This document shows positions 1-10,457 of a DNA stretch of 64,000 nucleotides, piece after piece. The stretch spans positions 1-64,000 of the forward strand of contig CAVVEM010000004.1 in NCBI GenBank assembly GCA_963747325.1, read 5' to 3'. Within the stretch, counting starts at the first letter, position 1. Each line of letters opens with the position of its first letter. The DNA is from an uncultured Chloroflexia bacterium. Lineage in GTDB: Bacteria > Chloroflexota > Anaerolineae > Anaerolineales > Anaerolineaceae. Position numbers and translations under genes: made by a program. The notes below the pieces were generated by a model. The model did no database searches, was not told where the DNA came from, and was given only the letters and a program-made list of their open reading frames with translations.

Positions 1-289
<289 letters not shown>

Positions 290-294
290 AAAAT

Positions 295-720
295 ATGCCG
301 ATACAGTGTGATATTATTTCGCAAGATCGGGTTGTTTTCCGGGGGCCGGTTGATAAAATTTCCCTGCCGGGTGTAGATGGTGTGGCGGGCATTTTGCCAA
401 ATCACACCCCGTTATTGATGGTATTGAAATTTGGTGTCATTACCGTTACTCAGGAAAATCGAGAACATTATTTTACTGTTGCCGGTGGTTTTGCCGAGGT
501 CCAACCTGACCATGCCACCATCCTGGCAGATGCAGCCGAAGATGTGGCTGAAATTAACACGCAACGAGCTGAAGATGCACGTAAAAGAGCTGAGAAGATG
601 CTGGAAGAAGGACGAAATCAGGATGTAGATACCTACCTGGCGTTGCAGGCAGCTTTGAAGCGTTCCAACCTTCGCCTGGACGCAGTCCAAAAATACAGTC
701 AACGTTACAAACAGCGCTGA
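295..720 (+). CDS. atpC: F0F1 ATP synthase epsilon subunit
   Basis: 141 aa; MPIQCDIISQDRVVFRGPVDKISLPGVDGVAGILPNHTPLL is a typical epsilon N-terminal beta-sandwich; lies directly after atpD. Confidence 0.9.
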   Translation: MPIQCDIISQDRVVFRGPVDKISLPGVDGVAGILPNHTPLLMVLKFGVITVTQENREHYFTVAGGFAEVQPDHATILADAAEDVAEINTQRAEDARKRAEKMLEEGRNQDVDTYLALQAALKRSNLRLDAVQKYSQRYKQR

Positions 721-746
721 CTTTTTCGCTCAAAGGATTTTTATTT

Positions 747-1755
747 ATGCCATTATTTACCCGAGAATTTGGTATTGATATTGGAACCATTCACACGACG
801 GTTGTGGAAGGTAATCAGGTATTGATACAAGAACCAACCATGGTGGCGATTCTGGTGGAAGAACAGAAGATGATTGAGTGGGGTCGGGCTGCCAAAGATA
901 TGGATGGCCGGGTACCGGACAGCATTGAAATTGTTCGTCCGTTACAACATGGCGTGATCGCCGAGTATGAAATTACCGAAAAATTACTTAGTTTTATTAT
1001 TCGAAAGATAAGTGGGGCAACCCTATTTCTTTAAGCCGCGTGCCATGATTACCATTCCATACGGAATTACCAGCGTTGAAAGTCGTGCTGTGCATGAAGC
1101 CGGGTTGGGCGCTGGCCCGCGAGAGGTTTTACTAATTCAGCAGCCTCTCGCTGCTGCACTTGGGATTGATCTACCTATTGCCACACCTTCTGGCAACATG
1201 ATTCTTTGTTTGGGCGGCGGCACAATTCAGGCAGCTATTCTGGCCATGAATGGTATTATTACCGCTGAGACTTCCCGAACGGGCGGCATAAAAATGGATG
1301 AAGCCATTATCTATTTTGTGCGTAAAAAATACGGGGTGATCATTGCTCAACCGACCGCTGAACAACTAAAAATGCGCATTGGCGCTGCTTTGCCGCAGAC
1401 AGAAAGAAACACAATGGATATTCAAGGTCAGGATCAGGTTTCGGGTTTACCACGGCAGATCACGCTGACAACGGATGATATTGTGGAAGCTTTACAGGAA
1501 CCGCTTGAAGAAATAGTCACTACAGCCAAGCATGTCTTGGAAAAAACCCCCCCCGAATTAATCTCAGATATTATTGATCGGGGTGTAGCGGTCTGTGGCG
1601 GTGGTGCACTCTTGCGGGATATTGATAAGTTCTTGACCCAGGCTCTGGGATTACCGGCCTATCTTGTCGATAATCCAGTTACCTGTACCGCTGAGGGAGC
1701 TGCCAAGGCTTTGACCATGCAGCAGGCACTTTATCGCAGTCTGGTTCGCGTTTAA
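747..1755 (+). CDS. mreB: rod shape-determining actin-like protein MreB, interrupted by a +1 frameshift in a GGGG run near 1012-1020
   Basis: ORFs 747-1034 and 1012-1755 are the N and C halves of MreB: GIDIGT, then FFKPRAMITIPYGITSVESRAV...CGGGALLRDIDKFL. The frame change falls inside the homopolymer agtGGGGcaa. Confidence 0.8.
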
Positions 1756-1875
1756 GTCAGCTGAAAGTAAAAATGACTCTGAAGGCTGGAGTATATTGTT
1801 TTATTGAATTGAGTGAATTGTGCGTTTAGAGCAAAAATCGCGTCATAACCCTGCGTATTAATCCTCTACTACTAT

Positions 1876-1917
1876 GAAAAAAACATGACCTATTTTAAGT
1901 AATAGGTCATGTTTTGT
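1876..1917. terminator. bidirectional rho-independent terminator between mreB and rex
   Basis: A8 run, 11-bp perfect stem catgacctatt/aataggtcatg with a 6-nt loop, then TTTTGT; overlaps the last three codons of rex. Confidence 0.6.
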
Positions 1918-2513
1918 AATTGCAGAATCGGATCAATCTGTTGAATCACTACATCCGAATTGGGGGAGGTTAAATAAACCGGTGTGTAGTTGAGAATTGC
2001 TTTTATGCCGGCTTGCACCAATTGATCGGCAACTTGCTGGGCGTGAGCTTGAGGAACGGCCACCAGGGCAACTTTGATATTTAAGTCCTGGATAATGACC
2101 TGCAGATTACGAATATCGTATATTTGATGTGCTCCAATTTTTTGACCAATTTTATTCGGGTCACTGTCAAAAAGAACCTTGATTGAAAATCCCCGATTTA
2201 GAAAACCTTCGTAGAGAGCCAGACCCTGTCCGATTTTACCTGCGCCAACGATGGCTACGTCCCAGACGGTGTCCAGGTTCAAGATGGAACGAATCACGTG
2301 GATCAGATTGGGAATGGAGTATCCACTGCCTTTTTTTCCAAAACCCCCGAAAAAGGAAAGATCCTTACGGATTTGAGCCGGCGTAATATTTAGCAAGGCT
2401 CCCAATTCATTGGAGGATGTTTTTTCAATATTTTGGCTGTGCATGCGTTCGAGGGTGACAAGATATTTTGGCAAACGGGAGATTACTATGGCGGGAATGT
2501 TTTTCTCATTCAT
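1890..2513 (-). CDS. rex: redox-sensing transcriptional repressor Rex
   Basis: Winged-helix N-terminus (RLPKYL) followed by a Rossmann NADH-binding fold (VAIVGAGKIGQGL); start taken at MNEKNIPAIV. Confidence 0.85.
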   Translation of the reverse strand: MNEKNIPAIVISRLPKYLVTLERMHSQNIEKTSSNELGALLNITPAQIRKDLSFFGGFGKKGSGYSIPNLIHVIRSILNLDTVWDVAIVGAGKIGQGLALYEGFLNRGFSIKVLFDSDPNKIGQKIGAHQIYDIRNLQVIIQDLNIKVALVAVPQAHAQQVADQLVQAGIKAILNYTPVYLTSPNSDVVIQQIDPILQLQNMTYYLK

Positions 2514-2560
2514 GGCAGGCCTCACTTTACTAAGCTAACTCTAATTATAGTTGGAAAACG

Positions 2561-2583
2561 TGTGGAATCGATAGTGTTCCACA
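2561..2583. promoter_or_regulatory. candidate Rex-operator-like inverted repeat upstream of rex
   Basis: TGTGGAA-N9-TTCCACA is a perfect 7-bp inverted repeat between the rex start and the upstream Fe-S gene. Half-sites resemble the Rex box TTGTGAA/TTCACAA, but the spacer is longer than canonical. Confidence 0.3.
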
Positions 2584-2632
2584 GTGGGGAACTCAGAGAA
2601 TTGATAAACGATTATTTATCCTTAATCACAAA

Positions 2633-3448
2633 TCAGGAAAGGTCAACCAGGGGGGTAATTTGGTCAATGACGTTATCTATGTAGGCTTCTTCGAGGATGG
2701 TAATTTCAATGGCTCCATTAGGACAAACCTCAATACATTTTCCGCAACCCCGGCATTCGTCGCTGATACTGGCTTTTTCCCCGATCAGTTGGATGGCATT
2801 GACAAAGCAGACCTGCTGGGTACAAAGTCCACAGCCGATACAGTTATCTGTTACCTGGATAAAAACGCCAGGCATGCGGCTGATTTTTTTACTGATGGTT
2901 TGATGCAAATCAGGAAGAATGCTGTAGAGGCAACAGCAGGAACAGCAGTTGCAAATGGTCAGCAGTTTATTGCCCGGCGTAACACCCATCCAGACTGTAT
3001 CCAATTTATTGCGTCCGATCATGTGGACAAGCCCGGCCTCACGGCATTTTTGCGCATGGTTCAGGGCTTCTTCTTTGCTGACGTGTCTGCCAATGGCCGG
3101 ATTGATTTTAGCAGCGGCTTCTCCCAGAAAAATGCAGCCCAAGTCATGCGCATAGTTATCGCAATCATTGGCATCCCGGCACAAGCACTCATTCATGATC
3201 CAGTGATAGTTGGCTTTTTCAATGAAATGGGTAACGACCTGAGATGGCAGGAGAATATTTTCTGCTGCCTCAATTTTCTCGTGAATGGGTATGACATTGT
3301 CACGAGTAAGGTACACAACCCCGTCATTGTGGAAGAGAATATAATCAACCAATTCACGGATAACAGGGATTCGGGTGAGTTTGGCAATATTGGTTTTTTG
3401 TGGAAAAAAGAATTTTATCAGATTTACAAACCATAAAGGTGTTGCCAT
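2633..3448 (-). CDS. 4Fe-4S dicluster (ferredoxin-like) domain protein with extra Cys-rich motifs
   Basis: Two CxxCxxCxxxCP motifs (CIGCGLCTQQVC, CRGCGKCIEVCP) plus CNCCSCCC and CLCRDANDCDNYAHDLGC clusters. The equally long antisense ORF 2660-3436 has no motifs. Confidence 0.7.
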   Translation of the reverse strand: MATPLWFVNLIKFFFPQKTNIAKLTRIPVIRELVDYILFHNDGVVYLTRDNVIPIHEKIEAAENILLPSQVVTHFIEKANYHWIMNECLCRDANDCDNYAHDLGCIFLGEAAAKINPAIGRHVSKEEALNHAQKCREAGLVHMIGRNKLDTVWMGVTPGNKLLTICNCCSCCCLYSILPDLHQTISKKISRMPGVFIQVTDNCIGCGLCTQQVCFVNAIQLIGEKASISDECRGCGKCIEVCPNGAIEITILEEAYIDNVIDQITPLVDLS

Positions 3449-3487
3449 TCAGAAACCTACGGCGCATGGATTTTTATAATGATATAA

Positions 3488-5260
3488 TTGGTCAAATATA
3501 ACGGAAATAATATACCATATTCTAACGGTTTTTTGGAGTTTAAGTTGTTTTTACCTGCGACGAGAAAAGAAATGGAACAACGCGGCTGGAAACAGTGTGA
3601 TGTCATTCTGATTAGTGGTGACAGTTACATAGACAGCCCTTATATTGGTGTAGCGGTGATTGGAAAAATATTGGTCAAAGCCGGTTACCGTGTTGGGATT
3701 ATTGCCCAGCCGGATATCAGTACGGATCTGGATATCACCCGTCTTGGAGAACCCGCATTATTCTGGGGTGTCTCTGGCGGCAGCGTGGATTCGATGGTAG
3801 CCAATTATACGGCATTGAAGAAAAAACGCCACCAGGATGATTACACGCCTGGCGGTAATAATACGCGCCGGCCGGATCGTGCGGTGATTGCCTATACCAA
3901 TTTAATTCGCAAATATCATAAACAGACTGCTCCGATTGTCCTGGGCGGCATAGAGGCCAGTTTACGGCGCATCGCCCATTATGATTATTGGACGGATAAA
4001 GTCCGCGGATCGGTCTTATTTGATGCCAAAGCGGATTATCTACTTTATGGTATGGCGGAACGCTCAATTGTGGAACTGGCTGCCGCGCTGAAGCAAAAAC
4101 GATCTGTCGAAGATATTCGCGGATTGTGTTACAAATCTGATCAGGTTCCGGAAGAGTATTGGAAACTGCCAACTCTGGCGGATGTAAAGGCCGATAAAAA
4201 CAAATTCTGGCAGATGTTTGAAACCTTTTACGATCAAAACGACCCTCACACGGCCAGAGGAGTGGCTCAGCTGCACGATACGCGGTATCTAGTACAAAAC
4301 CCTCCCCAGTCCTATTTAACCCAGGTGGAGATGGATAAAATCTCCTCCCTGCCTTATGAATATGCCGTACATCCATTGGATGCCCAACAGGGAGAAGTAC
4401 GGGCGCTGGAGACAATTCGATTCTCCATTAAAACCCATCAGGGTTGTTATGGAGAATGCACCTTCTGTTCCATTGCGGTGCATGAAGGACGCACGGTGCG
4501 CTGGCGTTCGCCGGAATCGATTGTCGAGGAAGCGAAGACGATTACTGAATTGCCTGGCTTTAAAGGATATTTGCTGGACGTGGGTGGGCCGACAGCGAAT
4601 ATGTATGGTTTTGAGTGCCTGAAGAAGCTGAAGCGCGGTGCGTGCAGCGATAAATCCTGTATGTATCCGGAAATTTGCCCAACGTTAAAACCAACTCATG
4701 AGCCCTATCGGCAGCTTCTGGAGACACTTTCTAAATTACCCAAAATTAAAAAGGTTTTCGTCTCTAGCGGCATCCGTTATGATCTATTGTTTGCTGATAA
4801 GAAAGAAGGCGCTGCCTTTATGGAGAATCTGGTGAACAATCATGTTTCCGGCCAATTGAAGATTGCACCGGAACATACCGAGGAACGCATTCTCAAAAAG
4901 ATGAACAAGCCGCCTTTTGCTCAAACGATCAAGTTCAAGCAATGGTTTGATCAGCTTTCTTTGAAATATAAAAAGAAACAATTCCTGACCTATTACTTTA
5001 TCGCTGCATATCCTGGCTGCAATGAAAGAGATATGCTGGCGATGAAAAAACAGGTTTCCAAGGAATTGCGTATGACCCCGGAACAGATTCAGGTCTTCAC
5101 GCCCACACCATCCACACTGGCAACCGCCATGTATTACACGGAACTGGACGGCCCGTACGGCAATCCGATCTTTGTGGAGAAGGATATAAATCTGAAGCGC
5201 AAGCAGATGGATATCATCCTGGCTGATGATCGCAGAGGGCCAGCCAAGCGCTATGGATAA
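3488..5260 (+). CDS. ygiQ: YgiQ family (UPF0313) radical SAM protein
   Basis: 590 aa; the N-terminal DVILISGDSYIDSPYIGVAVIG and the CxxxCxxC region (CYGECTFCSIAVHEG) are typical of the YgiQ family. Confidence 0.85.
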   Translation: MVKYNGNNIPYSNGFLEFKLFLPATRKEMEQRGWKQCDVILISGDSYIDSPYIGVAVIGKILVKAGYRVGIIAQPDISTDLDITRLGEPALFWGVSGGSVDSMVANYTALKKKRHQDDYTPGGNNTRRPDRAVIAYTNLIRKYHKQTAPIVLGGIEASLRRIAHYDYWTDKVRGSVLFDAKADYLLYGMAERSIVELAAALKQKRSVEDIRGLCYKSDQVPEEYWKLPTLADVKADKNKFWQMFETFYDQNDPHTARGVAQLHDTRYLVQNPPQSYLTQVEMDKISSLPYEYAVHPLDAQQGEVRALETIRFSIKTHQGCYGECTFCSIAVHEGRTVRWRSPESIVEEAKTITELPGFKGYLLDVGGPTANMYGFECLKKLKRGACSDKSCMYPEICPTLKPTHEPYRQLLETLSKLPKIKKVFVSSGIRYDLLFADKKEGAAFMENLVNNHVSGQLKIAPEHTEERILKKMNKPPFAQTIKFKQWFDQLSLKYKKKQFLTYYFIAAYPGCNERDMLAMKKQVSKELRMTPEQIQVFTPTPSTLATAMYYTELDGPYGNPIFVEKDINLKRKQMDIILADDRRGPAKRYG

Positions 5261-5292
5261 TGACTAACTGTGTGCTTAATATGATCTGCAAG

Positions 5293-5327
5293 AACGATCC
5301 GTTGTCTTTTTACGGATCGTTTTTTTC
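5293..5327 (+). terminator. rho-independent terminator after ygiQ
   Basis: 10-bp stem aacgatccgt/acggatcgtt with a 9-nt loop, followed by TTTTTTC. Confidence 0.6.
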
Positions 5328-5414
5328 TTTCAGCATTCTTTTTTTAATCAGACCCGTTACTTTTTGCTTCCATTTGCAATAATTCATATAAATCCACTAA
5401 CCGCTCAGAATAAA

Positions 5415-6404
5415 TCATGAACCAATCATCAAAATATCACTAGTGCCTCGTTCCCTGTTTTTTCCAAGGGGATTGTTGACCACTCTGCCCATGAAGTACA
5501 TCGTGGATGAGCCGCCGCCGTCAATGTTATAGGCTTGGGTACAGCCCAATTCTTTGAATATCTGCGCAAATTCTTCCAAAGTAACCCCGGTGCTGTAGCC
5601 TTTACTCCGCCCGTCCACAACGATGAAAACGAAATGATTGGCAGCCAGCATGCCCACACCGGTTCTGGGTTGATTGCCCTGGATGGGGTGATTGCCCAGG
5701 TTGGTATCAATTTTGACGCTGTCAAAGTTGGTGCCTATCCCTGAGTCTTCAATCAACGCCGGTCCAAAGGAGAGTGTGTTCCAAACGCCTGCTGCCAGTA
5801 GTTTTTCCGCATCGGTTTGCATTTCATCGTAAATCCTCATGGTGCCGTTTCGGTAAAATGCCAGGCTGGTTCTTGCCGGTTCATCCCGGAAGATAACCCC
5901 ATTGCGAATGACAATGCCATCGGTTCGAAAGCCGTAATAATCGCCGTTGACGGCGAATATTGCGCCATTCTCAGCGGCGATTTGGGATGTATTGGCAATA
6001 ATGTTCGTGCCAAATTGATTCAGAGCGAAGGCGCTGCTCAAATCCAAGGCCTCCGAGACTTGTACATCTGCAACAAAATAGGTTAGGGCGTTGTTCCCAC
6101 TCCCGGAGGTAACTTGTCGAATGGCAATCGAGACGTTTTCGTCGCTGTAATGCCAATCATCAAAGACGGCTGGTTCAGGTGTTGGATTACTTTCCGCTGT
6201 GGGTTGACATAGCGCTGCACTTTCCGCGATGTTTGAATTTCCCGATATGTTTTCCTTAGTTTGAGAGGTCGTTGCTGAGTAAGCAGCAACATTTTCGATT
6301 TCAACATGTTGGATCAGGTATCGATCCGCGGCAGCATAGGATATCAAACCGATAACCAACAGGCAGCTTGCCAGGAAGATGTATTTTTTCATTAAACGAT
6401 GCAT
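5415..6404 (-). CDS. phosphodiester glycosidase family protein (DUF2233-like), membrane-anchored or secreted
   Basis: N-terminal hydrophobic anchor KKYIFLASCLLVIGLISYAAA; C-terminal ...NIDGGGSSTMYFMGRVVNNP resembles the NAGPA/phosphodiester glycosidase domain. Confidence 0.6.
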   Translation of the reverse strand: MHRLMKKYIFLASCLLVIGLISYAAADRYLIQHVEIENVAAYSATTSQTKENISGNSNIAESAALCQPTAESNPTPEPAVFDDWHYSDENVSIAIRQVTSGSGNNALTYFVADVQVSEALDLSSAFALNQFGTNIIANTSQIAAENGAIFAVNGDYYGFRTDGIVIRNGVIFRDEPARTSLAFYRNGTMRIYDEMQTDAEKLLAAGVWNTLSFGPALIEDSGIGTNFDSVKIDTNLGNHPIQGNQPRTGVGMLAANHFVFIVVDGRSKGYSTGVTLEEFAQIFKELGCTQAYNIDGGGSSTMYFMGRVVNNPLGKNRERGTSDILMIGS

Positions 6405-6562
6405 ATCACTTTCTCTTTCATTAAAGAAGGAAGATGTTTCCGGGCGCTGTTGGAGCTGAGTATTCCAAACGGGCACCGATCTATACAAAACTCATCCATT
6501 TTCTATTTTTCAAGTTTAACTTTAATCCTATGCTGAATGGTATAGATTTTGTATAGGGATGG

Positions 6563-7171
6563 CTAAGAATGAAGTTCATTCCTTTTCTGGCGTCGCTTAA
6601 GCCAGATCAGACTTGTAATTAGAATGATAAGCGTTATCCCCCATAGAATCTCCTGGATATTATTGGATGTTTTCTGGATCGTTTGAGAGAATATATTCCC
6701 TATCCCTATCAAAACGGCAGATTTAATTAATTCACCCAAAAACAAAAAGAAAATCCAGCGATAGATGCGTACCTGGCTGATGCCAGTTGCAATCAAAATG
6801 GGGATGGGAAAGCCAACCGTCAATTTGGCAAAAAACAAAAGCCGGGGTGCATTTTTATGAATTCCTTCTTCCAATAAAGCAATACGTTGAGGTGATACAT
6901 TGAATTTAGCGAGCAATCGATTTAGTGAAGTAGTTTTATTAAACCGGCCAATTGAATACCAGCCCATATCTGCGATGAGGTTTCCCAGGACGATGGCAAC
7001 ATACACTGAGTAAAGATTGAGATACCCGCTGGCTGATGCTGCGCCGCCAATCAGCGCGGCAGTAGGGCCTTCCACCATGGCAAACAAACACAACAAGCAA
7101 TAGGGTATGATGGAAAATGAAGAAGGAATAATCAAATCAGCCAACATCTGCAAGCTCTCCTGAACGAACAA
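6563..7171 (-). CDS. DedA/VTT (SNARE-associated) family membrane protein
   Basis: About 200 aa with multiple TM helices; the LIGGAASASGYLNLYSVYVAIVLGNLIADMGWYSIGR region matches the VTT domain pattern. Confidence 0.7.
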   Translation of the reverse strand: MFVQESLQMLADLIIPSSFSIIPYCLLCLFAMVEGPTAALIGGAASASGYLNLYSVYVAIVLGNLIADMGWYSIGRFNKTTSLNRLLAKFNVSPQRIALLEEGIHKNAPRLLFFAKLTVGFPIPILIATGISQVRIYRWIFFLFLGELIKSAVLIGIGNIFSQTIQKTSNNIQEILWGITLIILITSLIWLKRRQKRNELHS

Positions 7172-7677
7172 TATAGTATTAATGGATTAACATAACAAAG
7201 AAGTTCAAATGTTTATTAAATAAGTAAATTAATTTTGGCAGGTAAAGTTTATTTGTTCGGATAGCATGAAACCAGTATACTCATTTGGATTTTAGGATAT
7301 GTTTAAATCCGGTATAGAACCCTGACCGAATCGCAATTAACAATATGCCTATATACGAAAATTGTATCGCTTAAGATTCGGAAACGAATAGGAGTTTGTT
7401 TATTACCATATTCTTCTTCTGGAGTGATTAGAAATGGATGATACGGCCCTTTCCTCAAAAGTATCGAGATGAATTCCGTGGGATAGGGATGATGGGATAA
7501 ACTTCCACAACCAGCCTATATTCTTCCTGACAAGCAGCCATTTCCTGTAGATACGTTGGAACCTCATTTGACGTATAATTTGAATATCTAATCCGAATTA
7601 GAAAAATCTCTCATCCCACTTACATTACATCATCATGATACCCATATTTCTCCTAATGAGATTGGTTGGAGGCTGAT

Positions 7678-9687
7678 ATGAAGTACTTTCCATGGTTAGT
7701 GCTCTGTTCCCTGCTTTTGGGCGGCATGATGATAGGCGCTTGTGATCCCGACGAAGCGAATATTAATGTAGACTGCAGCACGCATGCCTTGATGAGTGCC
7801 ATCAACACGGCCAATGCCACACCTGCTGTGACGACGACATTGCATCTCTCTCCAGCATGTGTCTATGAATTGACTGAAGCCGTCATTTATGATTCGGATT
7901 TTTTTCCGGCAGGGGTTGGTTTACCAGCCATCATTTCACCCATAATAGTGGATGGGCAGTCTGCTACGATACAACGCTCGTTGGATGCTGGCATGGCTGA
8001 ATTCAGGATTTTTTTAATCAATTCTGGGGCAAGTTTGACGCTGGATCAGCTGATTTTGCGCAATGGCAGCGTACAGGAATCTCACGGTTATGGGGGTGCC
8101 ATCTTGAATTATGGAACCCTGTCAATCACGAATGGTCAGTTACTTGAAAATAAGGCTTATCGTGGCGGGGCAGTTTATTCCACGGGAGATTTCAATAGTG
8201 AGTCCTCTTTGTTTGCGAATAATCAAGCCAGTTTTATGGGCGGAGCCATCCATAATTCAGGAATACTGAGTTTTAATCAGGGTGCATTTGAAGGAAATTC
8301 TGCCTATTATGGGGGAGCGATTGGAAATCACACTGGGACAGGCGCAGTGGGTAACAGTACTTTCAGAAATAATATTGCCCAATCCGGCGATACAATGGGA
8401 TTTGGTGGAGCCATCAGCAATACCAGCACCAGCGCTGCCCAAGCGGATAAGGGGAGTTTTGTTGTGGATGTCAGTACCCTATCCGACAACCATGCTGGTC
8501 AGGGTGGGGCGATTGCCAATTTTAATTATTCTGATTTCATGGTACGTGAGAGCAATCTTACAGGCAATACCGCTCAGTATGGGGGAGCGATTCTCAATCA
8601 GGATGAAATGAAAATTATTCGCAGCACTCTGGCGGACAACTCGGCTGAATTTTATGGTGGAGGTATCTTTTACCAGGACAATGATGATCCTGTGGGTTTG
8701 GCGATCGGCAACAGCACTCTCTCTGGCAATCAAATCAGCGGCGGAAATGCAGATGGAGGCAGCGCGTTTTACCATTTGAATGGCAATGTAATGATTCGCC
8801 ACGCCACGATCACTAATAACAGTGGGGCTGCTGCCTGGGTTGAAGTTGGTGGAGATACCGTGGCAGTAAATAGCATTGTGGCTAATAATCCCGGTGGGGA
8901 TTGCGGCGGACCTGCTTTGGGTACTGTTTCAGTGAACGGACATGCCAATCTGGACAGCGACGGCTCTTGTCCGGACTTTACCGTGACGGCTGATCCGATG
9001 CTGGATCCACTGGGTGTAAACGGCGGCCCGACATTAACCCATGCTTTGCAGAATCATAGCCCGGCTTTGGATGCTGCCACCACGATTGTGGGATACACCA
9101 TCGATCAGCGCTCGGAAATCCGACCCCATGGGCCTGCAAGTGATTTGGGATCTTTTGAATCACAGGATTATATCGCTGGGCCAATTTTGCAAATCACGTT
9201 GATTACGCCGCCACCGCTCATCGAGACGATTGTCACACTGGATGTGAAACAGATGGAGCCGGATTACTACTGGTGGCTGTTTGAGGGTTTTGTCTGTTCG
9301 GATATGGATTTGACCGAATTTTATATCCGCACTACGACTGCAATGGATAACTTCAAATTGATTGCCAATGATCGGCCGGTGCAGTGTTTCCAGCAAAGTT
9401 ATGATAAGGAACGCTATTGGTGTTATGTCGAAAAACGCCCCTTGGGTTGGAGTACACCGGTTAATGTGCAGTTTTGTGTGGGAGAAACCTGCAACAGCAT
9501 CAGCCGCACGACCCTGCCGGAATCCAAGTGTAAAGATATGGAGGCTCCCGCTGAACCGGAGAAAATAGCCTGTACTACTTTTATTAACAAGGATAATTGT
9601 TCTGCCGCACCAGACTGTACTTGGTATTGTTCAGGTGGTGTAGTTTCTGCGGAGTTGTGTGAGTGCAAGGATTCAGTTGGACCATAA
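7678..9687 (+). CDS. secreted/lipoprotein right-handed beta-helix protein with Pmp-like GGAI repeats, a choice-of-anchor-Q-like region and a Cys-rich C-terminal domain
   Basis: GGAGG RBS 5 nt upstream of ATG 7678. Signal peptide with a lipobox-like LLGGMMIGAC. At least 8 repeats of GGAI(x)N; then NNPGGDCGG...DPMLDPLGVNGGPTLTHALQNHSPALDAA; the last ~190 aa carry 14 Cys. Confidence 0.75.
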   Translation: MKYFPWLVLCSLLLGGMMIGACDPDEANINVDCSTHALMSAINTANATPAVTTTLHLSPACVYELTEAVIYDSDFFPAGVGLPAIISPIIVDGQSATIQRSLDAGMAEFRIFLINSGASLTLDQLILRNGSVQESHGYGGAILNYGTLSITNGQLLENKAYRGGAVYSTGDFNSESSLFANNQASFMGGAIHNSGILSFNQGAFEGNSAYYGGAIGNHTGTGAVGNSTFRNNIAQSGDTMGFGGAISNTSTSAAQADKGSFVVDVSTLSDNHAGQGGAIANFNYSDFMVRESNLTGNTAQYGGAILNQDEMKIIRSTLADNSAEFYGGGIFYQDNDDPVGLAIGNSTLSGNQISGGNADGGSAFYHLNGNVMIRHATITNNSGAAAWVEVGGDTVAVNSIVANNPGGDCGGPALGTVSVNGHANLDSDGSCPDFTVTADPMLDPLGVNGGPTLTHALQNHSPALDAATTIVGYTIDQRSEIRPHGPASDLGSFESQDYIAGPILQITLITPPPLIETIVTLDVKQMEPDYYWWLFEGFVCSDMDLTEFYIRTTTAMDNFKLIANDRPVQCFQQSYDKERYWCYVEKRPLGWSTPVNVQFCVGETCNSISRTTLPESKCKDMEAPAEPEKIACTTFINKDNCSAAPDCTWYCSGGVVSAELCECKDSVGP

Positions 9688-9851
9688 GGAAGAACTCGGA
9701 TTGTTAGAAACTGGTGCGAACGATTGTTCGCACAAGTTGAAACAAGAATTATTAACCTTCGCCTCAAGATTAAACTAGTTTTGGACAGTTCCTGATAGTG
9801 TGTTTGATCCAGTTTTCAGAAAAATCTGAAAAATTATTATTGTGTTTTTTT

Positions 9852-10457
9852 TTAGAGTGGTTCTCTTACCATACACCAAATGGACAGATTGTACTTTGTA
9901 ATGGTATCACTGTGTACCAAGTAAAAGCCCATTCTTTGGTAGTAGGCAACATTTTTCTCATCATGCGTTTCCAGATAGATGGGTTTCTTCTCGATATCTG
10001 CTTTTTTCAGGATGGGTTCCATCAAGGCTGATCCAATACCAGACCGCTTCTGCTTCGGATCCACTGCGAGACCCCATAAGTAATAATGGGGTCGGTCTTG
10101 CATGATCCTTTCGTGCTGCGCCGCTCCAAATTCTTCGCATTCCATGGATTGTTTATACTTGGTAAAACCCAGCAGGAAAGGTGTCAGTAAAAAGCCGTTC
10201 TGGACATATTCCCACAAACTGATTTTTGTGTGACCAGGAGGTAATATAAATACCACGCCTGAGACTTGCGGGGTAGTGTACACTTCTCCATAGCGAAGAG
10301 CACATTTCACCACGTTACCCAGATACCAGGCAAGGTAGCGAGTGCGTCTTTTAGGGTCCGGAAAATAAAACTTAAACACAGGATAATCATAAAATGACGC
10401 AGCGATGATATTCGCAGCTTGCTTTTGTTGGCTCGGGTCCAGTTTAATGATTTCCAT
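9852..10457 (-). CDS. GNAT family N-acetyltransferase
   Basis: 201 aa; RSGIGSALMEPILKKA...YLETHDEKNVAYYQRMGF matches GNAT acetyl-CoA-binding motifs A/B. Confidence 0.75.
   Translation of the reverse strand: MEIIKLDPSQQKQAANIIAASFYDYPVFKFYFPDPKRRTRYLAWYLGNVVKCALRYGEVYTTPQVSGVVFILPPGHTKISLWEYVQNGFLLTPFLLGFTKYKQSMECEEFGAAQHERIMQDRPHYYLWGLAVDPKQKRSGIGSALMEPILKKADIEKKPIYLETHDEKNVAYYQRMGFYLVHSDTITKYNLSIWCMVREPL

Noticed and set aside
2660-3436. 258-aa plus-strand ORF
   Set aside because: It is exactly antisense to the minus-strand Fe-S protein, which has two canonical CxxCxxCxxxCP motifs. The plus-strand product has no motifs and a biased composition.
3735-4415. 226-aa minus-strand ORF inside ygiQ
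   Set aside because: It is antisense to a well-conserved radical SAM gene, and the product is Pro/Arg-rich low complexity.
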